A stretch of DNA of 64,000 bases from a virus: the IMG/VR virus record IMGVR_UViG_3300019889_000007, positions 1 to 64,000 of that record; one strand, written 5' to 3'. The notes beneath the pieces are model-generated. The model made no database searches. It saw only the letters and a list, made by a program, of their open reading frames with translations, and was not told the DNA's origin. Both the position numbers and the translations under genes were made by a program. Shown piece after piece: positions 23,278-34,350 of this stretch (position 1 is the stretch's first letter; every line of letters starts with the position of its first letter).

Positions 23278-23623
23278 GTGTCCTCCTAAAGGATGCGGGA
23301 TGCGAACCCCCACAGCATAGCCACCTGTCGATGGGCTCGATACGGGAACGGTTTGATCGTCAGGCTCGGCAACGGCGTGAAGCGATGTAATCTGGGCCCA
23401 CAAACAAAAATTGCCCGCCATCAGCTGCAAACCTGATGACGGGCAGAAAAGCTTGGGGGAAACCAAGACCTCTTTCACGTAGGTCTTAGGTTAACCGGGG
23501 CTGCCCGTCACGTCCAACGTGACGTAACGGAAAAGCCCACCCAAAATCGGGCATTCCAGGCAGCTTCAGATGCCGAACGGATCACATTTTGGTCGCGGTT
23601 TCCTCCTCAGAGAGGGAATCGCC

Positions 23624-24670
23624 ATGCCAACCATCCGCAAGACCTCCAAAGTCGGGTCCGGGTACACACAGATCCACAACAGCTGCTTTCGCGGGCTGCT
23701 GTCCGCCGTCGAGGTGGCCATCTTGGGCCACGGCCTGTCCCACATCGACGGCTGGGAATTCCACCGCGAAGATCTCGACACCGTTTTCGAGGACATCGGG
23801 AAAACCCGCCTGGAAAAAGCCCTCAAAGGGCTTCGCCTCAAAGGTTTTCTGGAGATGACCAAACTTCGCGACGATGACGGCTGTTTTGAGTGGGAGTGGG
23901 ACTTCACCGCCGACCCCACCTTCGCCGCCGCACGCGCCACCGACAACCCGGATGGCAACATCGTCGATTTGACGGTAGAGAATGCGAAGGTCACACCACA
24001 ACCCCAAAACGAGGGTGTGGTCCCACCTGCGGAAACTCCCGGAAACGGACAAATTGGGGCAAAACCAGACACCCGTTTTCCAGGGTATGGTGAACGGGGT
24101 TCTGGTGGTAGTAAGGAAGAGAACCCCAGTAGAGAACAACAAACCCCCCCCTACCCCCCCAGCGCACCGAACGCCGGATCATCCGAGACCCCGAACCAGG
24201 GGGGGGAGATTGATCCACCCGAACAAACCCCAGCGGTGAGCGCCTACGACGACGGAGCCATCGCCATCTGGCGCACCGTCCTCGGCGACGACAAAGACCG
24301 GATGAGCATCCGTGAAAAACGCGAACTTGTCGCCCGCCTCGCCGAAGTCCTGGCCTCCGGCTGCGAATCCAAACAAGCCACCGACAGACTGTCCGGCGTC
24401 GACAAAGCCCACCACCCCTTCGCCGCCGCCTGTGCCCGCCTCAGAGGTCTCGAAACCGAATACGGCGACCCACACCCACAAAACGACCCATTCGCCTCTG
24501 AGCCAGCCCCTGACGGCGCTGGCGGCACTGTCCCGCCGCACTGCGGCCAATGCTCTGGCGGTCCCGCGCGCAGTCGAACCTACCGGCACAAGTTCAACCT
24601 GGACGGCAGCATCGGCGCGATCTGCGAATGCAACCCCGCCCACCCCCTGCACATCAACCAACTCGCCTAG
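23624..24670 (+). CDS. Phage replication initiator (N-terminal HTH, C-terminal Zn finger)
   Basis: YTQIHN..LSAVEVAIL..LSHIDGW..ALKGLRLKGFL; Pro-rich linker; HCGQC...CECNP. Confidence 0.75.
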   Translation: MPTIRKTSKVGSGYTQIHNSCFRGLLSAVEVAILGHGLSHIDGWEFHREDLDTVFEDIGKTRLEKALKGLRLKGFLEMTKLRDDDGCFEWEWDFTADPTFAAARATDNPDGNIVDLTVENAKVTPQPQNEGVVPPAETPGNGQIGAKPDTRFPGYGERGSGGSKEENPSREQQTPPYPPSAPNAGSSETPNQGGEIDPPEQTPAVSAYDDGAIAIWRTVLGDDKDRMSIREKRELVARLAEVLASGCESKQATDRLSGVDKAHHPFAAACARLRGLETEYGDPHPQNDPFASEPAPDGAGGTVPPHCGQCSGGPARSRTYRHKFNLDGSIGAICECNPAHPLHINQLA

Positions 24671-25741
24671 GAGGCGACACCGTGCCAGAACCGATCAGTG
24701 ACCCGACCTCGTTGAATGCCACCGATTCTGGTGACATGCCCAAGGCGAAAGTGTGCGATATCGACAAACACCAGTGGATACTGTCTATCGGCGATGGAAC
24801 GGTTTCTATCCATTGCGCGGCAACGGATTGCTGGGATATCCGTACGCGCGCCAAGACCAGTGCCGATGATGTTTTCCTGCTGTCTGAGTTCTGGGATCGG
24901 ATCTACGGTGAATTCCCCGTCGACGTGAAACCGGTGAGCGAACCGGCTGGCCCCGACGGCGACGAAATGTGGCTTGAAGTAATCGTTCGGCGCATACCTG
25001 ACGGAGGACCGGATGGCGTCACGTCCAGGACCGGCCCCTGAGAGATCGGCCGCCGACAAGCTTGCGGCACAACGTGAAGCCGAACTGACCGAACAGAAAC
25101 GGATCGTCGACGCGTTGACCAAGTGGGCGACACCGTGCCAAGACTGCGGTGGGGAAGTGATTTCCTGGCCCGGTTTCCATGGATACCCGTTTGTAATGGA
25201 GTCGCCACCTAATATCAAAGGTCCCCTGATCGGCAGGACTGTCACCTCAGGGGGAGAAGTCTTCATCGGACACCGGAAAGCGAGTAACCGGTCGACGATG
25301 GGTTTCTACCCACACATCTGCCATAGAACCACAAAGGACACAGATGACGTTCGCCGCACCGGGCAAACTGACCTTGACGATACAGGTGGGCCGCATTGAC
25401 CCCCAGATCGACGATCTGATCAACGCGACCCTGGCCGCCGACATAGCCGTCTACGGCCATCCCGACCTCACCGTCGAAGACGACACCGAAGATGTCTTGT
25501 TGACACTGTGGAAATGGCTGAGCCTTTTGATGAGCAAACTCAGCGATCAAATCGCGCTCCGCCAGTCCGCCGCCGACCAAGCGGGAATGTCCGACACCCA
25601 ACTGTCCGATCTGCAATACGCCATCGGCGCCTACGAAGCGACCGAAAAGATCCGCACCATCCTCATCGGCACCCTGTTGTCGTTGGCTCCCGATAACGTG
25701 GACCAAAACCAATCCAAAACAGCTGAAAGCGAGTTACCAAA

Positions 25742-26230
25742 GTGGCCGGTGAAACCGTGATCACGGTAGTCGGGAACCTGACCGAAGATCCCGAACTGCG
25801 TTACACCCCATCAGGTGCGGCCGTCGCGAAGTTCAAAGTCGCCTCCACCCCCCGGACCTTCGACAAGCAAACCGGTCAATGGGTGGATGGAGAGGCATTG
25901 TTCCTGCCGTGCAACGCATGGCGCCAACTCGCAGAGAATGTCGCCGAAAGCCTCAAGCGCGGCAGCCGAGTAGTCGTACAAGGAGCTCTGAAGCAACGCA
26001 CGTATGAAACCCGTGAAGGCGAGAAGCGCACCGTTTTCGAACTGGAAGTCGAAGAAGTTGGCGCCTCGTTGAAGTTCGCCACCGCGACAGTCAGCAAGGT
26101 ATCCCGTTCCAACACCGGCCACGGTGGTGGCCACGCTGCCCGACCAGCGGCAGCAGCCGCAGCCCCGGCCGACGACCCGTGGTCTACCACACCCACAGGA
26201 AAAGGCTTCACCGAAGAACCACCGTTCTAG
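25742..26230 (+). CDS. ssb: Single-stranded DNA-binding protein
   Basis: [29 protein letters not shown] ... C-terminal EEPPF. Confidence 0.97.
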   Translation: MAGETVITVVGNLTEDPELRYTPSGAAVAKFKVASTPRTFDKQTGQWVDGEALFLPCNAWRQLAENVAESLKRGSRVVVQGALKQRTYETREGEKRTVFELEVEEVGASLKFATATVSKVSRSNTGHGGGHAARPAAAAAAPADDPWSTTPTGKGFTEEPPF

Positions 26231-26269
26231 TCCACAGTTGTTGACACTCCCCCGAAAGTAAGAGAAGAC

Positions 26270-27319
26270 ATGGCTTCCAAGAAGAAGACACTTTCAATCA
26301 ATCTGGTTGCCGAGCCCGGTCAAAAGCTTCCCAAAGAACTCAGGAACATCAAGATCTCCTGGCAGTTTCTCAACAATGAGTACGGCCGGAAGTTGTTGGA
26401 AAAGAACGAGGGCAACCGGAACATTTCCGAAGCGTCGGTACGTAAGTACAACTCTGACATGAAAGACGGTAAGTGGTGGACCAACGGCGACGCCCTCCGG
26501 ATCGACAACACCGGGAACCTTATGGACGGCCAACAACGTGCCACCTCCGCTGCCCGGCTTGAGGACCCCGCCGTTGGTCACTGGACGTTGCAGGCCGCCG
26601 GGTTGGACCCCAAAGTAAGACCGACAATAGATGTCGGTCGACCGCGATCGTTCGCCGACGAGCTGAAGTTCGAAGGAGAAGAGAACACCACTGTCCTGGC
26701 GGCCGTCATCAAACGGGCTTACGCCTGGGAAGCCATCGGAGAACGATGGGACGTTTTCAGGGTCGCGCCGAGCCATCAAGCCATGATGGAGTATTTCAGG
26801 GGCGACGAAGAATACGGGCTGCCGGATAACCGTGAACTCCTGCGGTGGGCTGCCGGAGAAGCAGCGGCGGCACAAAGCCAGATCATAGGCAAAATGGCAC
26901 AGTCCACATTCGGGTTCCTGCTGTATCTGACCACAATGTACGGCGACAAGGAGAAAGCCCGACAGTTCTGGGTCGACGGGGTCCGCGAACTGGACGGCAT
27001 ACCCAAAAAACACCCGGCGCACCGCCTTCGTAAAAGGCTGGGAGAAATCACCGACAGCGATCTGACAGGTAGGAACCGGCGCCTAGACCAACCCGAGACC
27101 CTGGCCTACTGCATTCAAGCCTGGAATGAGTTCTGGACAGGGGAATGGGAGTCAGCCACCACTATCAGCAGACCGCGCGGAGGATGGTCACGCGAGAACA
27201 TGCCCATCCTGCTTCCCAAGGACAACCGTGGCTACCCGGACGGCCCGAACGCAAAGCCCAAAGATGGGTGGAGCCCCAACCGAGAATTCATCGTCGGTGA
27301 CGAAGAAGGATGGGATTAA
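26270..27319 (+). CDS. ParB/Srx-fold (DGQHR-like) domain protein
   Basis: NRNIS..VRKYNSDMKDGKW..NGDALRIDNTGNLMDGQQR. Confidence 0.7.
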   Translation: MASKKKTLSINLVAEPGQKLPKELRNIKISWQFLNNEYGRKLLEKNEGNRNISEASVRKYNSDMKDGKWWTNGDALRIDNTGNLMDGQQRATSAARLEDPAVGHWTLQAAGLDPKVRPTIDVGRPRSFADELKFEGEENTTVLAAVIKRAYAWEAIGERWDVFRVAPSHQAMMEYFRGDEEYGLPDNRELLRWAAGEAAAAQSQIIGKMAQSTFGFLLYLTTMYGDKEKARQFWVDGVRELDGIPKKHPAHRLRKRLGEITDSDLTGRNRRLDQPETLAYCIQAWNEFWTGEWESATTISRPRGGWSRENMPILLPKDNRGYPDGPNAKPKDGWSPNREFIVGDEEGWD

Positions 27320-27655
27320 CCAGTGAGGTTCTACAAAGTCATCGTCGACTACGGTGACGACGACGAGACGATGGAAGGTTCCTTCTCCGACGTCAACGCG
27401 GCCCTGACCACTGCCGACGACAACATCGCCTGCGACGTTGACGAACTTCTCGACAACGAGAAGGACCCGTATATCTTCGCTCACCAGCATGCCCCTGACC
27501 GGCTCGACCGGCACGGGAAACTCCAGCTGGCATGCCCGGACGGCCGCATAATCACCGTCCTGGCCGAAGACATCGAAAAAAGCCCTACACAGACGGTTCA
27601 AACCGGTGCCGAACCGGCAGAAGAATGGCCGACCATGGGTTAGATAGTGACATTG

Positions 27656-27695
27656 GAAAAGCGCCGAGATTGAATATGGATCTCGGCGCTTTTTC
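27656..27695. terminator. Bidirectional intrinsic terminator
   Basis: GAAAAGCGCCGAGAT-TGAATATGG-ATCTCGGCGCTTTTTC. Confidence 0.75.
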
Positions 27696-27763
27696 GTACA
27701 CTAAAATGTCGTACCTGCCCTGCATGCTCAGAGATAAGCTTCAATTTAGGAAGGATCGATCTG

Positions 27764-28804
27764 GTGACTATCGACACCGAGACAAAAGAATCTGAAGGCA
27801 CACTGAGGTACATCATGCGGGGTTATGACGGACCCCGAGATATCCAGTCGCAAAGAGCACTGGCCACGATGTTGTCCGACTCCGATATGTTGGGCGACAG
27901 GTACCACAGGAAGCCCGCCAACATTGTTCGTATGATGTGGAAAGCCATGGCGATGGATATCCCATTGGATACCACGCTGGAACAGGTCGGTGAGTACAAG
28001 GGCAAAACCTGCGTCACCAACGCGTTGATGCTGGCGTTGATGCGTCGTGGCGGTTTGACGGTTGACGTTCAAAAACGTGATGAAACCGGGACGCTCCTTC
28101 TGATCACCCGGCCCGGTCACAAGCCTGAACAGGTCGGATACACGATGGAGGACGCCGAGAAGGCCGGGCTCGTGGATGACAAGAATGTACGTACCGGCGG
28201 GACCATCAAGTCTCAGTACAAGCTGCGTCCCAAGACGATGCTGTTCTGGCGGGCGGTGGCCGAGGCGTCACGAATGTGCGGGTCCGACATCACCAATGGT
28301 CTGAGCCTGTACACCAGGGAAGAGCTGGAGGCCATCCCCGACGAAGAGGTCATCGCACAGGCCGTCGACACACCCGGTGCGGCGCGATTGGACATCAACA
28401 CCATCTTGGGTGAGGCTGTCACCGCGCAGAGCAAATTCGACAAGGCGATGTGGGAAGACGCCTGGCGTAAAGCAGCGGCGGCCGGGCTGATGGATCTGGC
28501 CGCTGACCTTAAAGACCCCGAGTCGTTGAAGGTCGGGGAAGAGCTGACGATCATCGGTAAGAACATCGTGGAATCGTTGAAGGAACTGGAAGAATTCGGT
28601 TTCAACCACCTCCACACCGGTTCGGACAGTGAACTGTGGAATACCGCGATCACCGGTTGCACCACGCTTCAGCAGATCGATCTGCTGAAGCTGTACTCCA
28701 AAGCCTGCGACATGGGCGACAGGTACAAGGCCGCGATCGGGAAGCAGCGTGAACAGCTCGCATCCGCCGGGATGGTGCCGGAGGCCGATACGGTCGGGGC
28801 ATGA
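27764..28804 (+). CDS. RecT-like single-strand annealing protein
   Basis: YTMEDAEKAGL, YKLRPKTMLFWRAVAEASR..GLSLYTREEL; adjacent to an exonuclease. Confidence 0.75.
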   Translation: MTIDTETKESEGTLRYIMRGYDGPRDIQSQRALATMLSDSDMLGDRYHRKPANIVRMMWKAMAMDIPLDTTLEQVGEYKGKTCVTNALMLALMRRGGLTVDVQKRDETGTLLLITRPGHKPEQVGYTMEDAEKAGLVDDKNVRTGGTIKSQYKLRPKTMLFWRAVAEASRMCGSDITNGLSLYTREELEAIPDEEVIAQAVDTPGAARLDINTILGEAVTAQSKFDKAMWEDAWRKAAAAGLMDLAADLKDPESLKVGEELTIIGKNIVESLKELEEFGFNHLHTGSDSELWNTAITGCTTLQQIDLLKLYSKACDMGDRYKAAIGKQREQLASAGMVPEADTVGA

Positions 28805-29931
28805 ACTCAGTGCAGTCGGTCCACCACGCTTCGCAGGAGGCGTGGCGGGACCTCACCACCGCCCGGACGTTCGATCCGTTCGAGATCCATGTGACGTCTT
28901 TGGAGTCCTGCCTGCGGCAGTTGCATTTTCGCGCCACAGGCGAGGCGATCACCGATCCCGATACCTCAACGCCGTCGATGAAGATCGCCGCACACGAGGG
29001 CACCGCGATCGATGCCCTGTACGTCCCGTATTTCGCCGCCGCGTGGGCCAAAACCGACCCGACATTGGAGGTCGTGCACCCGCACTTCAAGTTGCGGCAC
29101 GCGCGCGACGGCGTGGCGATCATCGGGGAGTCCGATGTGGTGGCGTTCGGTCCGGACAACACCGCGCAGGTGTGGGATCTGAAAACCTGCGAGTACAGCA
29201 AGTGGGACGCGTGCGCGGCCGGGGAAATCCCGGACGCGCACGCGTTGCAGGTCATCTGTTACGCCCGGCTGATCGAACTTCAGACCGGGCGCCGGGTTAC
29301 GGACATGCACCTGTACTACCTCGACCGGTCAGACCCCGAGGCGTACAAGGATTTCCGCAGGTCAGCCCGGTACTTCACGACCAGTCAGACATTCACTGAT
29401 GCGGATCGTCAGATGGCCGATACACTGTTCGACCGAGTGTTTTCCGCTGCCAAGAGCACCGCCGAGGCTCCCCGATGGTTCGGGGACGAACGGGGGAAGA
29501 TCAGCAGCCGGTTCTCGCCCTGCCACAAGTGCCTGTGGCAGACGCGATGCCTGGGAAAACCGGTTCACGGCCAGGACGCCACCCTGGCCGTCGACGTTGA
29601 GGCCGCCGGTCAACTGATCGGTGGCTGGGCCGAGGCACGCACCGACAAAGCGGAGGCGGTCGCCAAGCTCAAGGACTTCATCCGGGCCGAACTGGACAAA
29701 AACAAAAAGTCCAAAGTAGAAGGAAGGTTGAAGGAACTTGTCATAGCCTTGAACCTGGACCGCGATTTCTACGACGCCGGAAACGGCACCGTCTTGGAAC
29801 TGTACGACAAACGCGGCGGCGAGATCAAAGACCAGGAAGCCATCGAAAAGATCCTCAGCGATCTGGGAATCAAAATCCCCACCAAGCCCCGAGCGGACTC
29901 GCCAGCACTGCGCATCCGCAAGGACACATAA
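28801..29931 (+). CDS. PD-(D/E)XK (RecB/Cas4-like) exonuclease
   Basis: SCLRQL, GESD, VWDLKT, QVICYA, PCHKCLWQTRC. Confidence 0.85.
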   Translation: MNSVQSVHHASQEAWRDLTTARTFDPFEIHVTSLESCLRQLHFRATGEAITDPDTSTPSMKIAAHEGTAIDALYVPYFAAAWAKTDPTLEVVHPHFKLRHARDGVAIIGESDVVAFGPDNTAQVWDLKTCEYSKWDACAAGEIPDAHALQVICYARLIELQTGRRVTDMHLYYLDRSDPEAYKDFRRSARYFTTSQTFTDADRQMADTLFDRVFSAAKSTAEAPRWFGDERGKISSRFSPCHKCLWQTRCLGKPVHGQDATLAVDVEAAGQLIGGWAEARTDKAEAVAKLKDFIRAELDKNKKSKVEGRLKELVIALNLDRDFYDAGNGTVLELYDKRGGEIKDQEAIEKILSDLGIKIPTKPRADSPALRIRKDT

Positions 29932-29937
29932 AAACAC

Positions 29938-29973
29938 GCAGCCCACTGTCTGAATCGGACAGTGGGCTGTTTC
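29938..29973 (+). terminator. Intrinsic terminator
   Basis: GCAGCCCACTGTC..GACAGTGGGCTGT followed by T residues. Confidence 0.65.
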
Positions 29974-30610
29974 GTACCGATTCACTTTGATGGGAGTCTC
30001 GATGAATCAACCATATGGTATCAACCACGACGGTGACTTCTACCGATACGAGGCACAGGCCAACTGGGAAGCCGACAACACCGGGACACCGGTGTGGCAC
30101 ATCCGGATCGTCGAGGTCAGCCAAGTCGAAGACGACGACGGCAACAGCACCTACTACGCCAAAGAAGTCACCGAGGTCGTCAGCGACCAGCAGCGCATCA
30201 ACCGGGCCGTCGACATCACCAACTACCGTCCCGGTTTGGGCGCCGCCCTCAAAGACCGGAACTGGGCACGCCTGTCGGGCCGCCCCTGGCTGTACGTCAG
30301 GCGGCGCCAGGCGCACGTAGCGCCCCTGGCGCCGCCGATGGTCCACCAGTGCGGGAACACCACTGACGACGCCCTGATGGCCCGTATGGCGGCCCGCATC
30401 GACCGGTGCCCGGCCTTGAGCATCACCGACCTCCAGGAGGCCCGCAAAGCCGTCAAGCCCGCACACCACCACGACCCCACCGTGCTGGCCGCCGCCATCA
30501 CCGCCAAACACCTCCAGAACGCCACCATCCGCCAAGTAATCTGACCGGTGTGGGGTGCGTCAGTTGTCCAGCGCACCCCACCCACCCCCCTTTTTCCGAA
30601 AGGCACCCCT

Positions 30611-31255
30611 ATGAGCGACATGGGCCAATCCAACTTCACATTCCGTGGAGATCATCTCCAGGCGCTGCGAGACTTCACCGCCACCCGGCCCGGCACCACG
30701 ATGACCGACAACGCACGGGCGGCATTGGATCTGTTCATCGCGGTGCAGACGATCGACCCGGCCGCCGCTATCGGTGCCGCCACCGACGCCGAATACCCGT
30801 TGGCGATAAGCGGTGAGATCGACCCGGCCTGGCGGGAACGTCTGGCCGATCCGAGCTTCCACGGCTTCATCATGGATGAATCCAGCATCGACGAACTGAA
30901 GTACAACCCGAACGCCCGATACATACTGTTCCAAGCGATCAGATCGTTCAAGTCCCCGGTACGAATCGCCACCAGCGGCCCAAAAATGATTGCCGACCTC
31001 GGAATGACCAAAGCACAAGCCGTGATCACCTTGGCCCGGCATTCATTCCGACGCATCAGCCTGGCCGCCATCGACACCGACGCGCTGGCAGCGATCATGG
31101 AACTGTCCACCAAGGACCCGATGCTTCTGTTCTCCTGTGCGCACGCCGCCGTGGAGGCCCGGCGGCAGGACGGCTGGACGGTCTTGACCACCGCTGTTTA
31201 TCTGGACACCTACACCCAATTGGGTGTACGGGCCATCGCCGTGCCGCATGCTTGA
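30611..31255 (+). CDS. Putative RHH plus degenerate PIN-like fusion protein
   Basis: N-terminal NFTFR..MTDNARAALDLF (ribbon-helix-helix-like); C-terminal FIMDESSI ... AHAAVEAR..WTVLTT. Confidence 0.45.
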   Translation: MSDMGQSNFTFRGDHLQALRDFTATRPGTTMTDNARAALDLFIAVQTIDPAAAIGAATDAEYPLAISGEIDPAWRERLADPSFHGFIMDESSIDELKYNPNARYILFQAIRSFKSPVRIATSGPKMIADLGMTKAQAVITLARHSFRRISLAAIDTDALAAIMELSTKDPMLLFSCAHAAVEARRQDGWTVLTTAVYLDTYTQLGVRAIAVPHA

Positions 31256-31961
31256 GGCATGACGATCACCATTCCCGCACCGATCCGTGAAGTCACCGTC
31301 GAGTTTTTGATCAGCTGGCACTACGGCGTCCACATTCTGCCCGGCCAGACCGGGAAACCCTTGTCGACCCGGATGTCGTACACCGCATCGATCGCACCCC
31401 TTGACGGCGTCCGCATCGAATACCGGTGGATCACTCGCGGTGCCGACGCGGTGCTGTGGCTGGCCACCGACGACGGCCACCGGGTACAGATTCCGCTTGC
31501 CGGGCAGGGGCACGTGGTCGAACCCCAGTTCGACGACCTGTTCGACGCATGGATCGGCCTACTTCGTAACTACCCCAAGGAGAACACCACATGCGAACCG
31601 TCCACACCAGACAACTTTGTGTCGGGGATGTCATCGACAGTCCGCTCTATAACCGCCGGGGTGAGCTGACCGGCCGCACTGAGGAAGTCATCATCGAATC
31701 GATCGCCGACTTCCACAACGGCATACAACCAGGCGTTCAGGTCGCCATCGGCGGCGGAGCGATGCTCAACATCCCGCACGGCGACGTCACCGTCTACTCC
31801 CCGATCTGACCGACAAACAAATCAGCGGCCCGCTGCGCGAACAGCGGGCCGCCTCACTCTTGTCATTCAGATTTGGAGAACACACTCATCGTACAACCAG
31901 ACACCATCGCTCCACCGGGAACTGACTCGTCCCGAGCAAGATGTTCTGGCACCGGAAGGTT

Positions 31962-33179
31962 TCAGGCCGCCACCAGGTGCGGCATTTGCGCACCGATCTT
32001 GCGACGCCGGGTCTCACACCGGTCCGACCGCACCTGGTCATACACCTCGATAGCGGCAGCCCACTGCCGTTCGGCCTCGGCCTCTTCCCCGATGGCCAGT
32101 TGGGACTTACCCACCAGGTAGGAATCCATCGACCAGACTCGGGCATGGGTTTCCATGTTCCACAGGTCCCGCGCGGTAAGGAAGTACTGCGCCGCATCAA
32201 TGTGGGCACCCATCGCGGTCAGCGCGTGCGCCGTCTGTGTCAACAGGTTCGCCTTCTGCGGGCACCACGCCGAAACATACGACGGCGTCGAATCATCCGG
32301 GTCGGTGTTCAGGTGCGGCCCGGCCGCCGCGATCGCCTGGCGTGCCGACACCTTATCGCCGGTCTCGGCGTAACAGCGGGCGGCGGCGATCAGCATCAAC
32401 GCCGCCACATGCCCGCCCATGCCCTTGGTGCGCCGCACCGCCTCTTCGGCGGCGGCCACACTGTTGCCCGGTTTCCCGATGTCCAGTCCGTGCAGAGCCT
32501 GCGCCCGCAACAGCCACGCATCGTGCCCCGGTCCTTGAGACTCCTCGGCCAGGGTCTGTGCCCGCCGGAACTGGAGTTGCGCCCGGCCGTCGTCGCCAGT
32601 GTCGTGTGCTTTCCAGCCACGCAGGAACGCCGCCTCGGCCGCCACGGTGAACATGTCGGTCCGTACCTGCGGGGTGTCGAAGTCCCCGGCACAGTATTCG
32701 GCCATGTCGCCGTATAGGAAACCGTCCAGGGCGCGGGTTCCCCGCGCCCCGCCGAACTGTTCGTCGTACTCCTGCAACGCTTCCAGGTGTTTTCGGGCCG
32801 CCACGACATCGTCGGCGGTGACTTTTACGCCCGATCCGGGGGAGATCGGTCGGTTCCCGGCGTCGGCCGGAAGTGCCAGATTGACGGCGGCGGCGCCGGT
32901 CATGAAGACCATTCCCCGCATCACATCTCGTCTGTCCATTTCGAAGCATCCTATCTGGAGTGCCATTTGAGGGGTGTGTACCGGCGTCATCCACAGCTGT
33001 GCCAGATATCGGCCGGTACCAAAGACTTTATCGAGATCTTCGGCCAGGACAAGAGACCCGAATCGGATACCCGATTCGATCTGCGACAGGTTCGACGCCG
33101 TCGTATGCGCCAATTTCGCCAGGCCACGCAAGGTCAAACCACGCTGACCGCGCAACCGTTTCAATTCGATACCAAACAT
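31962..33179 (-). CDS. XRE-family HTH regulator with TPR-like helical C-terminus
   Basis: FGIELKRLR..GLTLRGLA..SNLSQIESG; MDRRDVM; YDEQFGG; GWKAHDTG. Confidence 0.85.
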   Translation of the reverse strand: MFGIELKRLRGQRGLTLRGLAKLAHTTASNLSQIESGIRFGSLVLAEDLDKVFGTGRYLAQLWMTPVHTPQMALQIGCFEMDRRDVMRGMVFMTGAAAVNLALPADAGNRPISPGSGVKVTADDVVAARKHLEALQEYDEQFGGARGTRALDGFLYGDMAEYCAGDFDTPQVRTDMFTVAAEAAFLRGWKAHDTGDDGRAQLQFRRAQTLAEESQGPGHDAWLLRAQALHGLDIGKPGNSVAAAEEAVRRTKGMGGHVAALMLIAAARCYAETGDKVSARQAIAAAGPHLNTDPDDSTPSYVSAWCPQKANLLTQTAHALTAMGAHIDAAQYFLTARDLWNMETHARVWSMDSYLVGKSQLAIGEEAEAERQWAAAIEVYDQVRSDRCETRRRKIGAQMPHLVAA

Positions 33180-33191
33180 CGCCGCTCCAGG

Positions 33192-33217
33192 GAGTGAACA
33201 AGAGTGAACAAGACAAC
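33192..33217. promoter_or_regulatory. Tandem direct repeat, candidate operator between divergent genes
   Basis: GAGTGAACAA x2 followed by GACAAC, 13 bp upstream of the XRE start. Confidence 0.5.
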
Positions 33218-33286
33218 TCTTGTGAGCACGGGGTATGTAGGCAAGGCTATCTGGTGACGGCGAAAACCGCTGATGAGGTGACTGCA

Positions 33287-33499
33287 ATGAGCACAATGGC
33301 GATTGAAGACACTGGATTCGACCTGGACGTTATCTCCGCGAAATTCCAGGAAAGATGGCACATGCACGTCAACGACTGTCCCGACTGTGCCACCGCCTGG
33401 AGCCAGCACAAACGGGTGTGCCCCGAAGCCCAACAGATGTCATACCTCGGCCAGGCAATGCAGTATGCCCAAAAAGCCCTCGCCGGGCCACAAACCTAA
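33287..33499 (+). CDS. Small HxxxCxxC...C protein divergent from the XRE gene
   Basis: RBS GAGGTG; HVNDCPDC...VCPE. Confidence 0.65.
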   Translation: MSTMAIEDTGFDLDVISAKFQERWHMHVNDCPDCATAWSQHKRVCPEAQQMSYLGQAMQYAQKALAGPQT

Positions 33500-33566
33500 C
33501 TATCCCCACCCAGTTGGGGCCGTGAACGTGTCGGGTGAAGACGCACGTTCACGGCCCCACCCCCGT

Positions 33567-33974
33567 TTACCAGTCGGTACTGGTTTTCCTACGCCGCAAC
33601 GACATCACCGTCAACAGCGCCACACCCACCACCAACAGCACCACCGCGCTGATGATCATGCTGGTCGCCGAGAACCCCGTAATCGGCAGACTCGGCACCG
33701 GGTCACTCTGCTGCACCGTGGCGGTATCACCGGCCGAAGCACTCACAGAAGCGCTGGCGCTTCCGGATTGGTCCGGCGACGGGGTGGCGACGTCATCGCT
33801 GGGGGAGATGGTCACCGAGGCGTCATCGGACGGTGAGGCCGTCGCCGAGTCGGACGGGAACGGGCAGGTATCGGGGTTGGTCAACGGATGCGGTGTCGGT
33901 TTGCATTCGGTCACCGGTTCGTCGTCAAACGTCGGGTCCTGCAACCACTGCGGGAAGTAATCAATCACTCGCAT
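33567..33974 (-). CDS. LPXTG cell-wall-anchor domain protein
   Basis: Ser/Pro/Thr-rich linker, LPITG, hydrophobic helix, RRRK tail. Confidence 0.7.
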   Translation of the reverse strand: MRVIDYFPQWLQDPTFDDEPVTECKPTPHPLTNPDTCPFPSDSATASPSDDASVTISPSDDVATPSPDQSGSASASVSASAGDTATVQQSDPVPSLPITGFSATSMIISAVVLLVVGVALLTVMSLRRRKTSTDW

Positions 33975-34350
33975 ACAGTAATCGTTGGTGGGTCCACGGC
34001 AACGTCAGTCCATCTGCCAACCGGCGCGGAACGATATGAACGTGCAGGTGAGAAATCGTCTGCGTCGCCGCTGCCCCCACGCTGGTGATCAGGTTGCACG
34101 GTGGCCGCGCCAACCGGGCTGCCGCCGCCGCTACCATCGCCGTCACATCCGGATCGGCCAGCGCATCGGGCACATGCACCACCGGCGCCACCAGTAGGTG
34201 TCCGTCGCACACCGGTTCCAGCGGGATGAACGCCACCCAGCCGTTCCCGCGACGCATACCGTCGGGGTTGGCCCGGCCCGCGACGATGTCGCAGAAAGCG
34301 CACGGCGTCGACGGAGAACCCACGCCACATTCTAAGCCCCAAATGTCCAT
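33961..34350 (-). CDS. HIT family nucleotide hydrolase
   Basis: CAFCDIV, GHLLVAP, QTISHLHVHIVPR histidine triad. Confidence 0.92.
   Translation of the reverse strand: MDIWGLECGVGSPSTPCAFCDIVAGRANPDGMRRGNGWVAFIPLEPVCDGHLLVAPVVHVPDALADPDVTAMVAAAAARLARPPCNLITSVGAAATQTISHLHVHIVPRRLADGLTLPWTHQRLLYASD

Noticed and set aside
26270-27319. DndB / phosphorothioate system
   Set aside because: The DGQQR motif is shared across ParB-like proteins and no other dnd genes are visible.
28801-29931. Cas4 as part of a CRISPR-Cas system
   Set aside because: No cas1/cas2 or array is present. Coupling to a RecT-like gene indicates a phage recombination exonuclease.
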